From: Bacilli bacterium
Lineage (GTDB): Bacteria; Bacillota_I; Bacilli_A; RF39; UBA660
Assembly: GCA_047971315.1 (NCBI GenBank)
Contig: JBKDZP010000004.1
Location: 71,717-135,716, forward strand
DNA length: 64,000 nt
Direction: 5' to 3'
The notes below the pieces were generated by a model. It was not told the DNA's origin, ran no database searches, and was given only the letters and a program-made list of their open reading frames with translations. The position numbers and the translations under genes are program-made. Every line of letters starts with the position of its first letter. Within the stretch, counting starts at the first letter, position 1. Shown piece after piece: positions 7,095-16,769 of the stretch.

Positions 7095-9641
7095 TTATCC
7101 TGAAATTGCGACTAAAGTGATTCTGGCATATCCATTTCCTGATCTTGATCCATTTGTCATTGATCCACTAGAAACTCCACCTATATATCCAGAACCTCCG
7201 CCCCCTGCTACAATTGCATATCCTCTATCAGATCCAATAGCACCTTGTCCTCCTCTATAATATCCACCTCCAGCTCCACCATAAATAGTCGTACTAGAAT
7301 AATTTAAACTGGCATCTAGACCCACAGATGATTGAGTTCCACCGGAAGATACTCTACTGATATATACATCACCAAATCCACCAGTACCACCGGCTCCCCC
7401 AGTTGTTCCACCACCTGTTCCACCAGTATTATAGAAAGTTCCATCTGTACTATCAGTCCCATATACACCGCCACCGCCACCGCCTGCAACAATTAATGTT
7501 GTACCACTTTTTACGATCGATGTTAAAGCTCCACCAGCACCTATATATTGAGTTCCAGAATGGGTTTTTCCATTAGCATCTTTTCCAGAGCTAAATGTTC
7601 TACTAGTTGCTCCAGTATGATTGGAAGTTACACCTACATTCAAACTAAGAACCGTGTTAATAGTTAGTGTTATATTTCCATATGAATACCCACCTAATCC
7701 ACCAGTTCCAGAGTTAACTGAACTACCTTGAGCACCCCAAACTTCTAATTTATATGTACCTGCACATGGTGCAGTAAATGTTTGTGTACCACCAGTATAT
7801 GCATAATTCCATACTTGTCCTGCTGAATAAGCGCAAACAGAAGGTGTTGTTACTGTTGTTGTTGCAACTGATGAAACTAAACCAGATCCATTTGTACATC
7901 TAGCTCCAAATGTATAATTTGTTGATACTGATAAGTCGGTAAATGCATGTGTTTTAGTTGTTCCTTTTGCTACCCATGTTGATCCATTATCTTTACTATA
8001 TTCATATTTTGTTATTCCAGATTCTGAATCTGCACATGTTGCTGTTACTGTTGATGTTACAGTACTAGAAGATACAACAGATGAAACTGCAAGTGATGCA
8101 CTTGGTTTTGTTTTATCCATATTAGCTATTGCATATGTTGCTGTTCCTGACACGTTTGTTCCATCACTTGTAAGTGCAAATAATGTTCCATTTGCTTCAT
8201 ATGTTACAGTTGGTGTCATACTTGATGTTTTATACCATGTTCCTGCTACTAATGTTGTTACACTACTTGTTGTACATGTTCCTGGATTTGTACTTGGACC
8301 ACAACTTGCTGTTACTACACCGCTTGTTACAGTAGCAGTTACACTTGATTTAAAGTAATATACTGGACTTGCTATATTTGTGCTTGTATATGTTATTCCT
8401 ATTACTCTACTTGTTGCATAACTATATCCACTACTTGGTGTTTGACTTGATTGTGCTATTGTAGGATTTGTCATACCTAGAGTACTTGCTGTTGATGTAG
8501 AGGTTGTTGTTAAGGCTGAACCATTTGTACATCTTACTGCATATGTATAACTTGTTGTACTTGTTAATCCTGTAAATGTATAACTTGCTGTTGTTCCATT
8601 TGCTACCCAAGTACTTCCATTATCTTTACTATATTCATATTTTGTTATTCCAGATTCTGAATCACTACATGTTGCTGTTAATGTTGCTTGTGCTGTTTTT
8701 GAACTTACTGCTAGTGATGCACTTGGTGCTGTTGTATCAATCCCAGTTACTGTATATGAGCTGGCTGTTACATAATTTGTACCATCATATATTCTAGCAA
8801 TAATTGTACCATTACTATTAAATATTACATCTTTTGTAGTAGAATCAACAATCTCCCATGTATTTCCACTATCTACTGTATATGTATAAATATATCCTTC
8901 TTTTCTTTCTGGATAAGTTATTGTTACTGTTTTACTTGTTGAAAATCCAGTTGTATCTATACTATATGTTGGTGGAGTTATAATACTAGTTTTTGCTGTT
9001 ATTTCCTTAGTTGTTGTTAAATCATTTTCGTTAGTTAATGTTACTATTATTTTATACTCAGTTTCATTATTTAGTGATTTAAATGTATAATTATTTTCAC
9101 TTACTGTTACTTTTTCATTTACTGATAATTCTTCGTTTATTAATTCAAAAGTATAACTTTTTATATTTGATTCTAATTCTGTAATAGCTTCTTTTGGTAC
9201 TATTACTTTAATACTATTTGAAGTAGATATTGTATAAATATTTGTTTCATCTAAATCAGGTGCTGTTGTATCTAACATATAACATTCATCTACTAATGTT
9301 AAGTTTGTTGTTATTCCCGATACACAATATTTACCATTAGTTACTCTAATTGCTTCATATTGACCATCATTATTTTTTATTACAGTTCCACTTAAAAACT
9401 GAGAACTATTTTTCATGTTCAAATCAGATGCCAAAATACCATCAGATGGAAATATCTCTAAATCATTTTCAAAGGCATAATATATAGAAGATTGTAGAGT
9501 CATTCTAACACTTTCTTTAAATGATGATTTTTGTGAACTTTCTATAACACCTAGTACCGTTGGTACTGCTATAATTGCAATTACAGCAATTATTACTATA
9601 GTCGCTAATAATTCTATTAATGTAAATCCTAATTTTCTCAT
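7095..9641 (-). CDS. large surface protein: type IV prepilin-like leader, FN3-like repeats and a C-terminal ALK/LTK-type glycine-rich domain
   Basis: 848 aa. The N-terminus MRKLG|FTLIELLATIVIIAVIAIIAVP is a class III (prepilin peptidase) signal with Glu at +5. Two repeats read CxDSESGITKYEYSKDNGSTWVA.GTT...F..L...T.Y....RCTNGS. The C-terminus reads YAYTGGTQTFTAPCAGTYKLEVWGAQG...AGGGGGG...GGTGGGTTGGAGGTGG...GGAGGGYYRGG...AGGGGSGY...GNGYARITL. Confidence 0.85.
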   Translation of the reverse strand: MRKLGFTLIELLATIVIIAVIAIIAVPTVLGVIESSQKSSFKESVRMTLQSSIYYAFENDLEIFPSDGILASDLNMKNSSQFLSGTVIKNNDGQYEAIRVTNGKYCVSGITTNLTLVDECYMLDTTAPDLDETNIYTISTSNSIKVIVPKEAITELESNIKSYTFELINEELSVNEKVTVSENNYTFKSLNNETEYKIIVTLTNENDLTTTKEITAKTSIITPPTYSIDTTGFSTSKTVTITYPERKEGYIYTYTVDSGNTWEIVDSTTKDVIFNSNGTIIARIYDGTNYVTASSYTVTGIDTTAPSASLAVSSKTAQATLTATCSDSESGITKYEYSKDNGSTWVANGTTASYTFTGLTSTTSYTYAVRCTNGSALTTTSTSTASTLGMTNPTIAQSSQTPSSGYSYATSRVIGITYTSTNIASPVYYFKSSVTATVTSGVVTASCGPSTNPGTCTTSSVTTLVAGTWYKTSSMTPTVTYEANGTLFALTSDGTNVSGTATYAIANMDKTKPSASLAVSSVVSSSTVTSTVTATCADSESGITKYEYSKDNGSTWVAKGTTKTHAFTDLSVSTNYTFGARCTNGSGLVSSVATTTVTTPSVCAYSAGQVWNYAYTGGTQTFTAPCAGTYKLEVWGAQGSSVNSGTGGLGGYSYGNITLTINTVLSLNVGVTSNHTGATSRTFSSGKDANGKTHSGTQYIGAGGALTSIVKSGTTLIVAGGGGGGVYGTDSTDGTFYNTGGTGGGTTGGAGGTGGFGDVYISRVSSGGTQSSVGLDASLNYSSTTIYGGAGGGYYRGGQGAIGSDRGYAIVAGGGGSGYIGGVSSGSMTNGSRSGNGYARITLVAISG
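7966..8047. repeat. intragenic DNA repeat, copy B (FN3-like module)
   Basis: 82 nt, nearly identical to 8599-8680 (tttgctaccca...ccattatctttactatattcatattttgttattccagattctgaatc...acatgttgctgtta). Confidence 0.8.
8599..8680. repeat. intragenic DNA repeat, copy A (FN3-like module)
   Basis: See 7966-8047. The copies are 633 nt apart, in frame. Confidence 0.8.
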
Positions 9642-9825
9642 TTATTTTCATATCCTATCTTTTGGAATTATAACATAATTTTGTCAAATATACAATTAAA
9701 AAAACCTTAATTAATAAGTACATCATAATATAAATTTTAAAATCAAAATTAATTAGAAAATTAGTAATAAACAAATGATAAACTAAAAGTATTAATTTAA
9801 ATATAATTGTTATACAATCATTAAA

Positions 9826-9859
9826 TCAAAAAAACTATATAGCAACACTATATAGTTTT
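9826..9859 (-). terminator. intrinsic terminator after ftsH
   Basis: 11-bp stem aaactatatag/ctatatagttt, followed by a U-run on the minus strand. Confidence 0.6.
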
Positions 9860-9862
9860 ATT

Positions 9863-11860
9863 TTACTTATTTAATAAATCAATTAATTCTTCTTTATTTA
9901 ATTTTGAATATCCTTTTAATCCTTTATCTTTTGCAAGGTTTTTTAATTCATCTAAAGTCAAATCATTTAAACTTGCATCATCAAAATCACTATAATCAAT
10001 CTCATTATCTTCATCAGGTAAACAATTATTTTTAACTAAATAATCAATTTGTTCTTTTGTTAAAGTTTCTCTTTCTAATAAAGCTTCAGCAATTAAATCA
10101 AGTAAATCTCTATTTTCAGAAATTATTTTATTTGTAATTTCATAACATTCATTTATTATTTTTCTTTGTTCTTGATCAATCTCAAAAGCAACTTGACTTG
10201 AAAAATTGCGACTTTTATTATAATCTCTACCTAAAAATACACTAGATTCTTGATGTTCAAACTGAACAGGCCCCAAATCACTCATTCCATACTCTGTTAC
10301 CATTGCACGGGCAATCTTAGTAGCTTTTTCAAAATCATTATGCGCACCAGTTGTCATTTCCTTAAAAACTAATTCTTCTGCTACACGACCACCAAGTAAT
10401 CCACTAATAGTTTCAAGTAATTCTTTTTTAGTTGCTAAATAAGTTTCCTCCTTAGGAAGCATTAAATTATATCCTCCAGCAGAACCTCTAGGAATAATAG
10501 TTATTTTTTGAACCTCATTTGCTCCATCTAATTTTATTCCTAAAACAGCATGTCCAGCTTCATGATATGCAACAACTTTTCTTTCCTTTTCAGTATATTT
10601 ATGACTTTTTTTAGCAGGTCCCATCAGCACACGATCATGAGCTTCATCAACCTCAGCCATTGTAATAGCCTTTTTATTGCGTCTAACAGTAAGTAATGCA
10701 GCCTCATTTAATAAATTTTCCAAATCTGCTCCACTAAATCCAACAGTTCTTTTTGCAATGTTTGATAATTTAACACCTTTTGCAAAAAACTTATTTTTAG
10801 CATGAACTTCAAGAATTTCTTCTCGACCTCTAATATCTGGTAAATTAACAGTTACTTGTCTATCAAAACGTCCTGGACGTAATAAAGCTGGATCTAAAAC
10901 ATCTGGTCTATTTGTTGCTGCTATGATTATGATACCTTCATTTGCACCAAAACCATCCATTTCAGTTAATAATTGATTAAGTGTTTGTTCACGTTCATCA
11001 TGACCACCACCTAATCCAGCACCTCTTTGTCGTCCAACAGCATCAATTTCATCAATAAAAATTAAGCATGGTGCATTATGTTTAGCTTGTTTAAACATAT
11101 CTCTAACTCTACTTGCTCCTACACCTACAAATAGCTCAACAAAATCAGAACCACTTATAAAATAAAATGGTACATTTGCTTCCCCAGCTACAGCTTTTGC
11201 TAATAAAGTTTTTCCTGTTCCTGGTGGACCAACCAATAAAACACCTTTAGGTATTCTAGCACCCATTTTTTGAAATATTTTAGGATTTTTTAAAAAATCA
11301 ATTAATTCTTTTACTTCTTCTTTTTCTTCTTCTAATCCAGCTACTTGTTTAAAAGTAACTTTATCATTATCAGAATTCAAACGAGCTCTACTTTTACCAA
11401 AATCCATTGACTTATTAGCACTACCCATTTGTCTTGTAATAAAATAAAATGCTGCCCCAACCAATATAACCATTGGTAAAACATTTAATAAAAATAACAA
11501 AATTGTACTAGATGACGGATCTGAAACTGTTGTAATTTTAAAACCATAATCAGCATCAGTTGAAAGTAAAGTACTCATGACTTGCTCTGATTTAGGAACT
11601 TTTACGTAAAAAGATTCATTTTCATCATAAGTAGTAAGACTTCCTCTTATTTCATAAATACCTGCTTCACTTCTTGGAACTATAGTAATTTCTGAAACAG
11701 TGTCACTATCTATCTTACTCATGAATTCATCATATGTAAATACATTTACTTTTTTATTTGCAATATTTAAAAAATAAAGAACACATAGAAAAAATAAAAA
11801 CAAGAAACCCCAAGGTAAAATACCTCTTTTAATATTCTTTTTATTCATCAAATTATTCAT
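9863..11860 (-). CDS. ftsH: ATP-dependent zinc metalloprotease FtsH with a Rho_N/SAP-like C-terminal tail
   Basis: 665 aa. Contains Walker A GPPGTGKT, the SRH and the HEAGHA zinc site. The last ~45 aa read [32 protein letters not shown]. Confidence 0.95.
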   Translation of the reverse strand: MNNLMNKKNIKRGILPWGFLFLFFLCVLYFLNIANKKVNVFTYDEFMSKIDSDTVSEITIVPRSEAGIYEIRGSLTTYDENESFYVKVPKSEQVMSTLLSTDADYGFKITTVSDPSSSTILLFLLNVLPMVILVGAAFYFITRQMGSANKSMDFGKSRARLNSDNDKVTFKQVAGLEEEKEEVKELIDFLKNPKIFQKMGARIPKGVLLVGPPGTGKTLLAKAVAGEANVPFYFISGSDFVELFVGVGASRVRDMFKQAKHNAPCLIFIDEIDAVGRQRGAGLGGGHDEREQTLNQLLTEMDGFGANEGIIIIAATNRPDVLDPALLRPGRFDRQVTVNLPDIRGREEILEVHAKNKFFAKGVKLSNIAKRTVGFSGADLENLLNEAALLTVRRNKKAITMAEVDEAHDRVLMGPAKKSHKYTEKERKVVAYHEAGHAVLGIKLDGANEVQKITIIPRGSAGGYNLMLPKEETYLATKKELLETISGLLGGRVAEELVFKEMTTGAHNDFEKATKIARAMVTEYGMSDLGPVQFEHQESSVFLGRDYNKSRNFSSQVAFEIDQEQRKIINECYEITNKIISENRDLLDLIAEALLERETLTKEQIDYLVKNNCLPDEDNEIDYSDFDDASLNDLTLDELKNLAKDKGLKGYSKLNKEELIDLLNK

Positions 11861-11875
11861 TTAATTTCTCCCTTC

Positions 11876-13201
11876 TTAATAATACTTAAGTATTATATCA
11901 TAAATTTCTTTATTTGTTTTATCAAACTTTGATTTTTTTAAACCTGGAATCCAAACAATAACATCATTTGAATCAACTACAATTGGATACATATCTCTTT
12001 CAATTAAAGGAATTTTTTCATCAATAAATATATCATTTACTTTTTTGCTACCAAGCATACCTTTAATATTAATTTTATCTCCATTTTTTCGAGTTCTAAC
12101 TCTAAGTGGAAACTTAACATTTTCAGAACTTAAACGACAAATATCATTATTTGTAGCCTTACTTGTTTTAACTACTTCAATATTTTTACCATTTGGCAAA
12201 TTTAAATAATCAATAATTTCTATTTCGTACTCACTTGATTTGATATTTTCCATCACAAAAACAAGTTCATTATAACTTTTTACAGCTTTCAAATTATTAG
12301 GTAAATAGATATAAGAATTAGCTTTAGTAGAACAAATTAAATTATAAATTAAATCTGCATGATGATCAGTTATCAACATTAAATCATCTTGATATATATT
12401 TTCAAAAATTTGATATATTATCTTCATTCCAATAACTTTATCTAAATCTAAAAATTTTTTAATATTTAAAACATTTTGAGGATACACATCAGCAATTTCT
12501 TTTTTTACTTGCTTTTCAATATATTCATTATACTCTAACAAAGTTTTACTATATTTATAAAACTTTTTATGTACATTTTGATCTTCTTTTTTAAATTCAG
12601 GAACAATGTATTTACGAAAACGATTTCTAGTATATACATCTTTTTGATTAGATGGATCTTGCGCAAAGGAAACATTATTAGCCTTATTATATTCAATAAT
12701 TTCAGACTTTGTTATTTCAATCAAAGGTCTTACAATAGTATATCCTTCCATTTCAACTATTTTTGAAAATCCACTATATCCCCTTAACGTTGAACCCCTT
12801 ACAATTCGCATTAAAATCGTCTCAATTAAATCATCACCGTGATGTGCGGTAAATAAATAATTTGCGTTATATTTTTTTACAATTTTTCCAAAATAATTAT
12901 ATCTTTTACTTCTAGCCTCATTATGAAAATTATCATCTCCATAGTCCTCAATTTTCATACTTTCAAAAATAATACCATTATTGGAACAAAATTTTTCAAC
13001 AAACTTAGCTTCATCAGAACTTTCTTTTCTAACATTATGATTAACATGCGCACAAACAACAGCTATATCAACAGCTTTTTTTACGTTAGTCATTAAATGA
13101 AGTAAAGCCATAGAATCTGGTCCACCACTGACTCCAATAACTATTGCATCACCATATTTTATATTAATGTCATTCATTATAAATTGATATGCCTTATCCA
13201 T
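11876..13201 (-). CDS. tilS: tRNA(Ile)-lysidine synthase
   Basis: 441 aa. PP-loop SGGPDS. Position upstream of ftsH, as in Bacillus. Confidence 0.9.
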   Translation of the reverse strand: MDKAYQFIMNDINIKYGDAIVIGVSGGPDSMALLHLMTNVKKAVDIAVVCAHVNHNVRKESSDEAKFVEKFCSNNGIIFESMKIEDYGDDNFHNEARSKRYNYFGKIVKKYNANYLFTAHHGDDLIETILMRIVRGSTLRGYSGFSKIVEMEGYTIVRPLIEITKSEIIEYNKANNVSFAQDPSNQKDVYTRNRFRKYIVPEFKKEDQNVHKKFYKYSKTLLEYNEYIEKQVKKEIADVYPQNVLNIKKFLDLDKVIGMKIIYQIFENIYQDDLMLITDHHADLIYNLICSTKANSYIYLPNNLKAVKSYNELVFVMENIKSSEYEIEIIDYLNLPNGKNIEVVKTSKATNNDICRLSSENVKFPLRVRTRKNGDKINIKGMLGSKKVNDIFIDEKIPLIERDMYPIVVDSNDVIVWIPGLKKSKFDKTNKEIYDIILKYY

Positions 13202-13226
13202 ATTTACACCTCTAAATTTTATTATA

Positions 13227-13877
13227 TTACCAATTTATCTTAGTAATACCATTATTTTCTAAAAATTGATTTGTTTGAGAGAATGGTTTGCTTCCAAAAA
13301 AACCTCTTGAAGCTGAAAGCGGAGAAGGGTGAACACTTTCTATTATAAAATGATGTACGCCCTTTATTAGCTCTTTTTTACTTCGTGCATAATTACCCCA
13401 TAATATAAATACAATTGGCTCCTTTTTCATTCCTAATATTTCAATTATACGATCTGTAAAAATTTCCCATCCTCTATTTTTATGTGATAAAGGACTATCT
13501 TTAATAACAGTCAATATTGAATTTAGTAATAAAACACCTTGTTTTCCCCAATCACTTAAATTTGTATTTATTCTAACAATTCCCAAATCATTATTTAATT
13601 CCTTAAAAATATTTCTTAATGATGGTGGTATTTTAACTCCACAAGGTACAGAAAATGATAATCCATGAGCCTCGTTTTCACCATGATAAGGGTCTTGTCC
13701 CAAAATAACTACTTTCACATTATCAAAATTTGTAAATTGAAAAGCAGAAAATATATTTTCATATTTAGGATAAATTATTTTATTTTTATACTCACTTTCA
13801 ATAAAAGCAACTAATTTTTCAAAATAGTCTTTCTTATATTCTTCAATTAAAATTTCATCCCATTTCATACAATTCAT
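13227..13877 (-). CDS. ung: uracil-DNA glycosylase
   Basis: GQDPYHG and HPSPLS motifs. The ORF track begins at 13889; the ATG at 13877 has the better spacing from AGGAG. Confidence 0.9.
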   Translation of the reverse strand: MNCMKWDEILIEEYKKDYFEKLVAFIESEYKNKIIYPKYENIFSAFQFTNFDNVKVVILGQDPYHGENEAHGLSFSVPCGVKIPPSLRNIFKELNNDLGIVRINTNLSDWGKQGVLLLNSILTVIKDSPLSHKNRGWEIFTDRIIEILGMKKEPIVFILWGNYARSKKELIKGVHHFIIESVHPSPLSASRGFFGSKPFSQTNQFLENNGITKINW

Positions 13878-14011
13878 CAAAATCAACACTCCTATTTTAA
13901 CATAATTATTTCTTATTTTGTTTATTAATTATAAACAAAATAAGACAAATATCGGCTAAACAAACATAATATAAACCAATATAAAATAATTAAGTATCTA
14001 AAATACACAAA

Positions 14012-14839
14012 TTACAATTCATTAGATAAATCAATAAATACTTCTATTCCCAACTGTTCTGCCCTAACAGATAAATCAAAGTTATATTTTTTTAATACTT
14101 CAGCAATCTTTTCTAAATCATATTCTTTTAAATTATTTCTAAGAGTTTTCCTTTTTTGTTTAAATGAATCTCTAATCAATTTAAAGAATAAATCTCTATT
14201 TTTTAAATTAACTAAACCTACCTTTTTACTAAATTCAATTACAATACTATCAACATTAGGTTTTGGAATAAATACATTCTTACTAACATCTAATAGCTTT
14301 CTAACATTAAAGTAATAATTTAAAAAAACTGATAATGAACTATAATCTTTAGATCCTGGTATTGCCTTAAACCTATTCCCTACTTCTTTTTGAACCATTA
14401 TTACTATCTTATCAATATCAATTTCATCTTCAATTAATTTCATAATAATTGGTGTCGTTATATAGTATGGTAAATTAGCAACGATATAAATTTTATCAAA
14501 ATTATAATTTTTCAAATCATTCTTAATATCTGCCTTTAAAAAATCTTCAAATTTTAATGTAATATTATCAATACCATTAAGAGTACTTCTTAAAACATTT
14601 TCTAAAGTTTTATCAATTTCATAGCAAAGTACATGACCAGAGACACTGGACATCTTATAAGTCAAAGAACCAGCTCCAGGACCTATTTCAATAACTAATG
14701 TATCAGCATCTAATTGTGCTTCCTTAATAATATTATTTATAATATTTTCATCAATAATAAAATTTTGTCCAAAAACCTTTTTTAATCTAAATCCATTTTC
14801 TAATAACAATTCAGACATCTTTTTAGGTGAATAATTCAT
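14012..14839 (-). CDS. rsmA: 16S rRNA (adenine1518/1519-N6)-dimethyltransferase
   Basis: 275 aa. Contains FGQNFIID, EIGPGAGSLT and NLPYYITTPI. Confidence 0.9.
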   Translation of the reverse strand: MNYSPKKMSELLLENGFRLKKVFGQNFIIDENIINNIIKEAQLDADTLVIEIGPGAGSLTYKMSSVSGHVLCYEIDKTLENVLRSTLNGIDNITLKFEDFLKADIKNDLKNYNFDKIYIVANLPYYITTPIIMKLIEDEIDIDKIVIMVQKEVGNRFKAIPGSKDYSSLSVFLNYYFNVRKLLDVSKNVFIPKPNVDSIVIEFSKKVGLVNLKNRDLFFKLIRDSFKQKRKTLRNNLKEYDLEKIAEVLKKYNFDLSVRAEQLGIEVFIDLSNEL

Positions 14840-14939
14840 ATAATCACTCCTAAAAATATTGTATCAAACATAAGAATTATAATCAAGAAAAATTAAAATA
14901 ATCGAAAAATAACCAATATAATTATAAAAAAAGACAGAA

Positions 14940-15653
14940 TTACCAACCCCATCTTTGAACACTAAATTCTATATTTTTACCTGTTAATCCATCAGTACTA
15001 ACTTGATCATTTGAAAGATATGCAAGATCCATCAAAACAATTCCCTTTTCCCATGCAGATATCATAGCACCACCACGATCCATTACAACCGCATAAAAAG
15101 GTTCATATCCAGTTTTAGAAACTTTAATTATTGTCCCGCATGGAAATGAGGTCGATGTTGCTAAAATTCTAACATTCCCATATTGATCATCCTCATAATA
15201 AATATCTTCATATTTAATGCTAAATCTTTCTTTAGACTCAGTTTTACAAGCGACATATCCTTCACCAGTACAACCGGCTCCACAATCAGCACTATATCCA
15301 GTTAAATTTCCAACATAAAGTCCATTTGCGCCAGTCCCTTTTTCCAAAATTTCAGTTGTATTTTCTTGTAACGTAACCAATTCAATTGAACCATCTTTTA
15401 ATTCTTTATTATAGGTTATACCTACCACACCTTTAGTAAGTACATTTGTTAAATTATATGGTACTTTTGAATTGTATACAATATTTGTATCATAATCAGT
15501 TATTTCACTTTCAATATTTATGACCTTATCACTATTATAATTTTTAATTGTCATAATTTCTTCGGAATAATTTCCAAAATTAAAAGTAGCCATTAACGAT
15601 ATTAATAATAAATTAATAGCTTTACAAATAATATCAATTAAATAAATATTCAT
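14940..15653 (-). CDS. secreted 3D/DPBB-domain cell-wall protein (YabE-like)
   Basis: 237 aa. N-terminal TM segment. The C-terminus reads TGYSADCGAGCTGEG...FPCGTIIKV...VVMDRGGAM, resembling the 3D domain. Occupies the yabE position between tatD and rsmA. Confidence 0.6.
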   Translation of the reverse strand: MNIYLIDIICKAINLLLISLMATFNFGNYSEEIMTIKNYNSDKVINIESEITDYDTNIVYNSKVPYNLTNVLTKGVVGITYNKELKDGSIELVTLQENTTEILEKGTGANGLYVGNLTGYSADCGAGCTGEGYVACKTESKERFSIKYEDIYYEDDQYGNVRILATSTSFPCGTIIKVSKTGYEPFYAVVMDRGGAMISAWEKGIVLMDLAYLSNDQVSTDGLTGKNIEFSVQRWGW

Positions 15654-15691
15654 TTAATTCACCTCGTGTTAGTATTAAAATTATACCACGA

Positions 15692-16447
15692 TTACAATTT
15701 TAAGTCAAATTGAGTGATAGCATTATTAGTCGTAATTTGTGTTACTTTTTCAATACTCATTTTCTTTATTTCAGCAATTTTTTTTGCTACTAAAATCACA
15801 TTACAAGGTTGATTTTGTTTACCTCTAAATGGTTCTGGAGTTAAATATGGACTATCTGTTTCTAATAAAATATTTTTAATATCAATATTTTTTATTACCT
15901 CTTGTAATTTTACACTATTTTTAAAAGTAATTACTCCACCAATACCTAATTTACATCCAATACTTATAAATCTCTTAGCCATATCTATACCATAACTAAA
16001 ACAATGAATGTCTACCATACTACCTTTATTATAATGTTCTAAAATTGTAAATGTGTCTAAAGCTGCATCTCTACTATGAACTACTATTGGTTTATTATAT
16101 TTATTTGCTAACTCAATTTGTTTAATAAATATATCTTTTTGAAGTGTTTCATTATCCTTAGCATAATAATAATCAAGCCCAATCTCACCTATTCCTACTA
16201 TTTTAGGATTACACAAATTAGATTCAATATATTTATAACCAATCTCATCAAAATAATTAGCTGAATCTGGATGAAATCCTATTGTTCCATATATATTAGT
16301 GTACTTATTACATAATTCAACAACTTCCTTATTTGAATCATGATTAAAACCACTTACTATCATAATATTATTATTCATATTATTTATAATTTCTTCTAAA
16401 TTACTATAATCGTCACTTAATAAATGACAATGTGAATCTATTAACAT
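15692..16447 (-). CDS. tatD: TatD-family metal-dependent DNase/hydrolase
   Basis: 251 aa. Contains DSHCHL...GEIGLDYYY...HSRDA...ETDSPYL. Confidence 0.9.
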   Translation of the reverse strand: MLIDSHCHLLSDDYSNLEEIINNMNNNIMIVSGFNHDSNKEVVELCNKYTNIYGTIGFHPDSANYFDEIGYKYIESNLCNPKIVGIGEIGLDYYYAKDNETLQKDIFIKQIELANKYNKPIVVHSRDAALDTFTILEHYNKGSMVDIHCFSYGIDMAKRFISIGCKLGIGGVITFKNSVKLQEVIKNIDIKNILLETDSPYLTPEPFRGKQNQPCNVILVAKKIAEIKKMSIEKVTQITTNNAITQFDLKL

Positions 16448-16496
16448 TTAATAACCTCTTTTCACAAAAAAATTATACTCTGTATAAAAGTATAAT

Positions 16497-16667
16497 TCAA
16501 CTTTTCTTGCAAATAATTAGATATTTTATAAAACTTCCAACTATAAAAAGTAAATAAAATAAATCTAACCAATTAAATTCTACAAGTATGCTACTAAAAA
16601 TCAACAAGGCTGCTATAAGACAAGTAAGTAAAACGGCTTTACCATCCTTAAAATTATTTTTAGACAT
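16497..16667 (-). CDS. small two-TM membrane protein (56 aa), absent from the ORF track
   Basis: ATG at 16665-16667, 8 nt after AGGAGG. Sequence MSKNNFKDGKAVLLTCLIAALLIFSSILVEFNWLDLFYLLFIVGSFIKYLIICKKS, stop TGA at 16497-16499. Lies between metG and tatD. Confidence 0.4.
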   Translation of the reverse strand: MSKNNFKDGKAVLLTCLIAALLIFSSILVEFNWLDLFYLLFIVGSFIKYLIICKKS

Positions 16668-16769
16668 TGTTTTAAATTCCTCCTATTTAAAGCGACAAAT
16701 AAACTATATCATATCAATGGATGATTTTCAAATAGAATCAAGATTTTTTGTACGACAATTTACAACAAT

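Noticed and set aside
7095-7900. Locally higher G+C in the 3' third of the 848-aa gene considered as evidence of horizontal acquisition.
   Set aside because: The shift follows the Gly/Thr/Ser/Ala-rich amino-acid composition (GGN, ACN, GCN codons). Third positions remain A/T-biased like the rest of the window, so composition alone does not support transfer.
8576-8797. 73-aa plus-strand ORF inside the 848-aa gene. The same judgement applies to the antisense ORFs at 1769-2023, 12569-12766, 17215-17493, 17958-18394, 23026-23495, 24220-24420, 25468-25680, 26217-26720, 29123-29320, 29536-29856, 32836-33078, 33745-33975, 35350-35658, 36572-36802, 38764-38997, 45009-45206, 46825-47325, 48745-49008, 55174-55377, 55652-55840, 56419-57111, 57808-58005, 59076-59342, 61286-61540, 61873-62109 and 63086-63376.
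   Set aside because: Each lies antisense to, or out of frame within, a strongly supported conserved gene. They are Leu/Phe/Ile/Ser-rich and lack RBSs, which makes them the expected by-products of an AT-rich genome.
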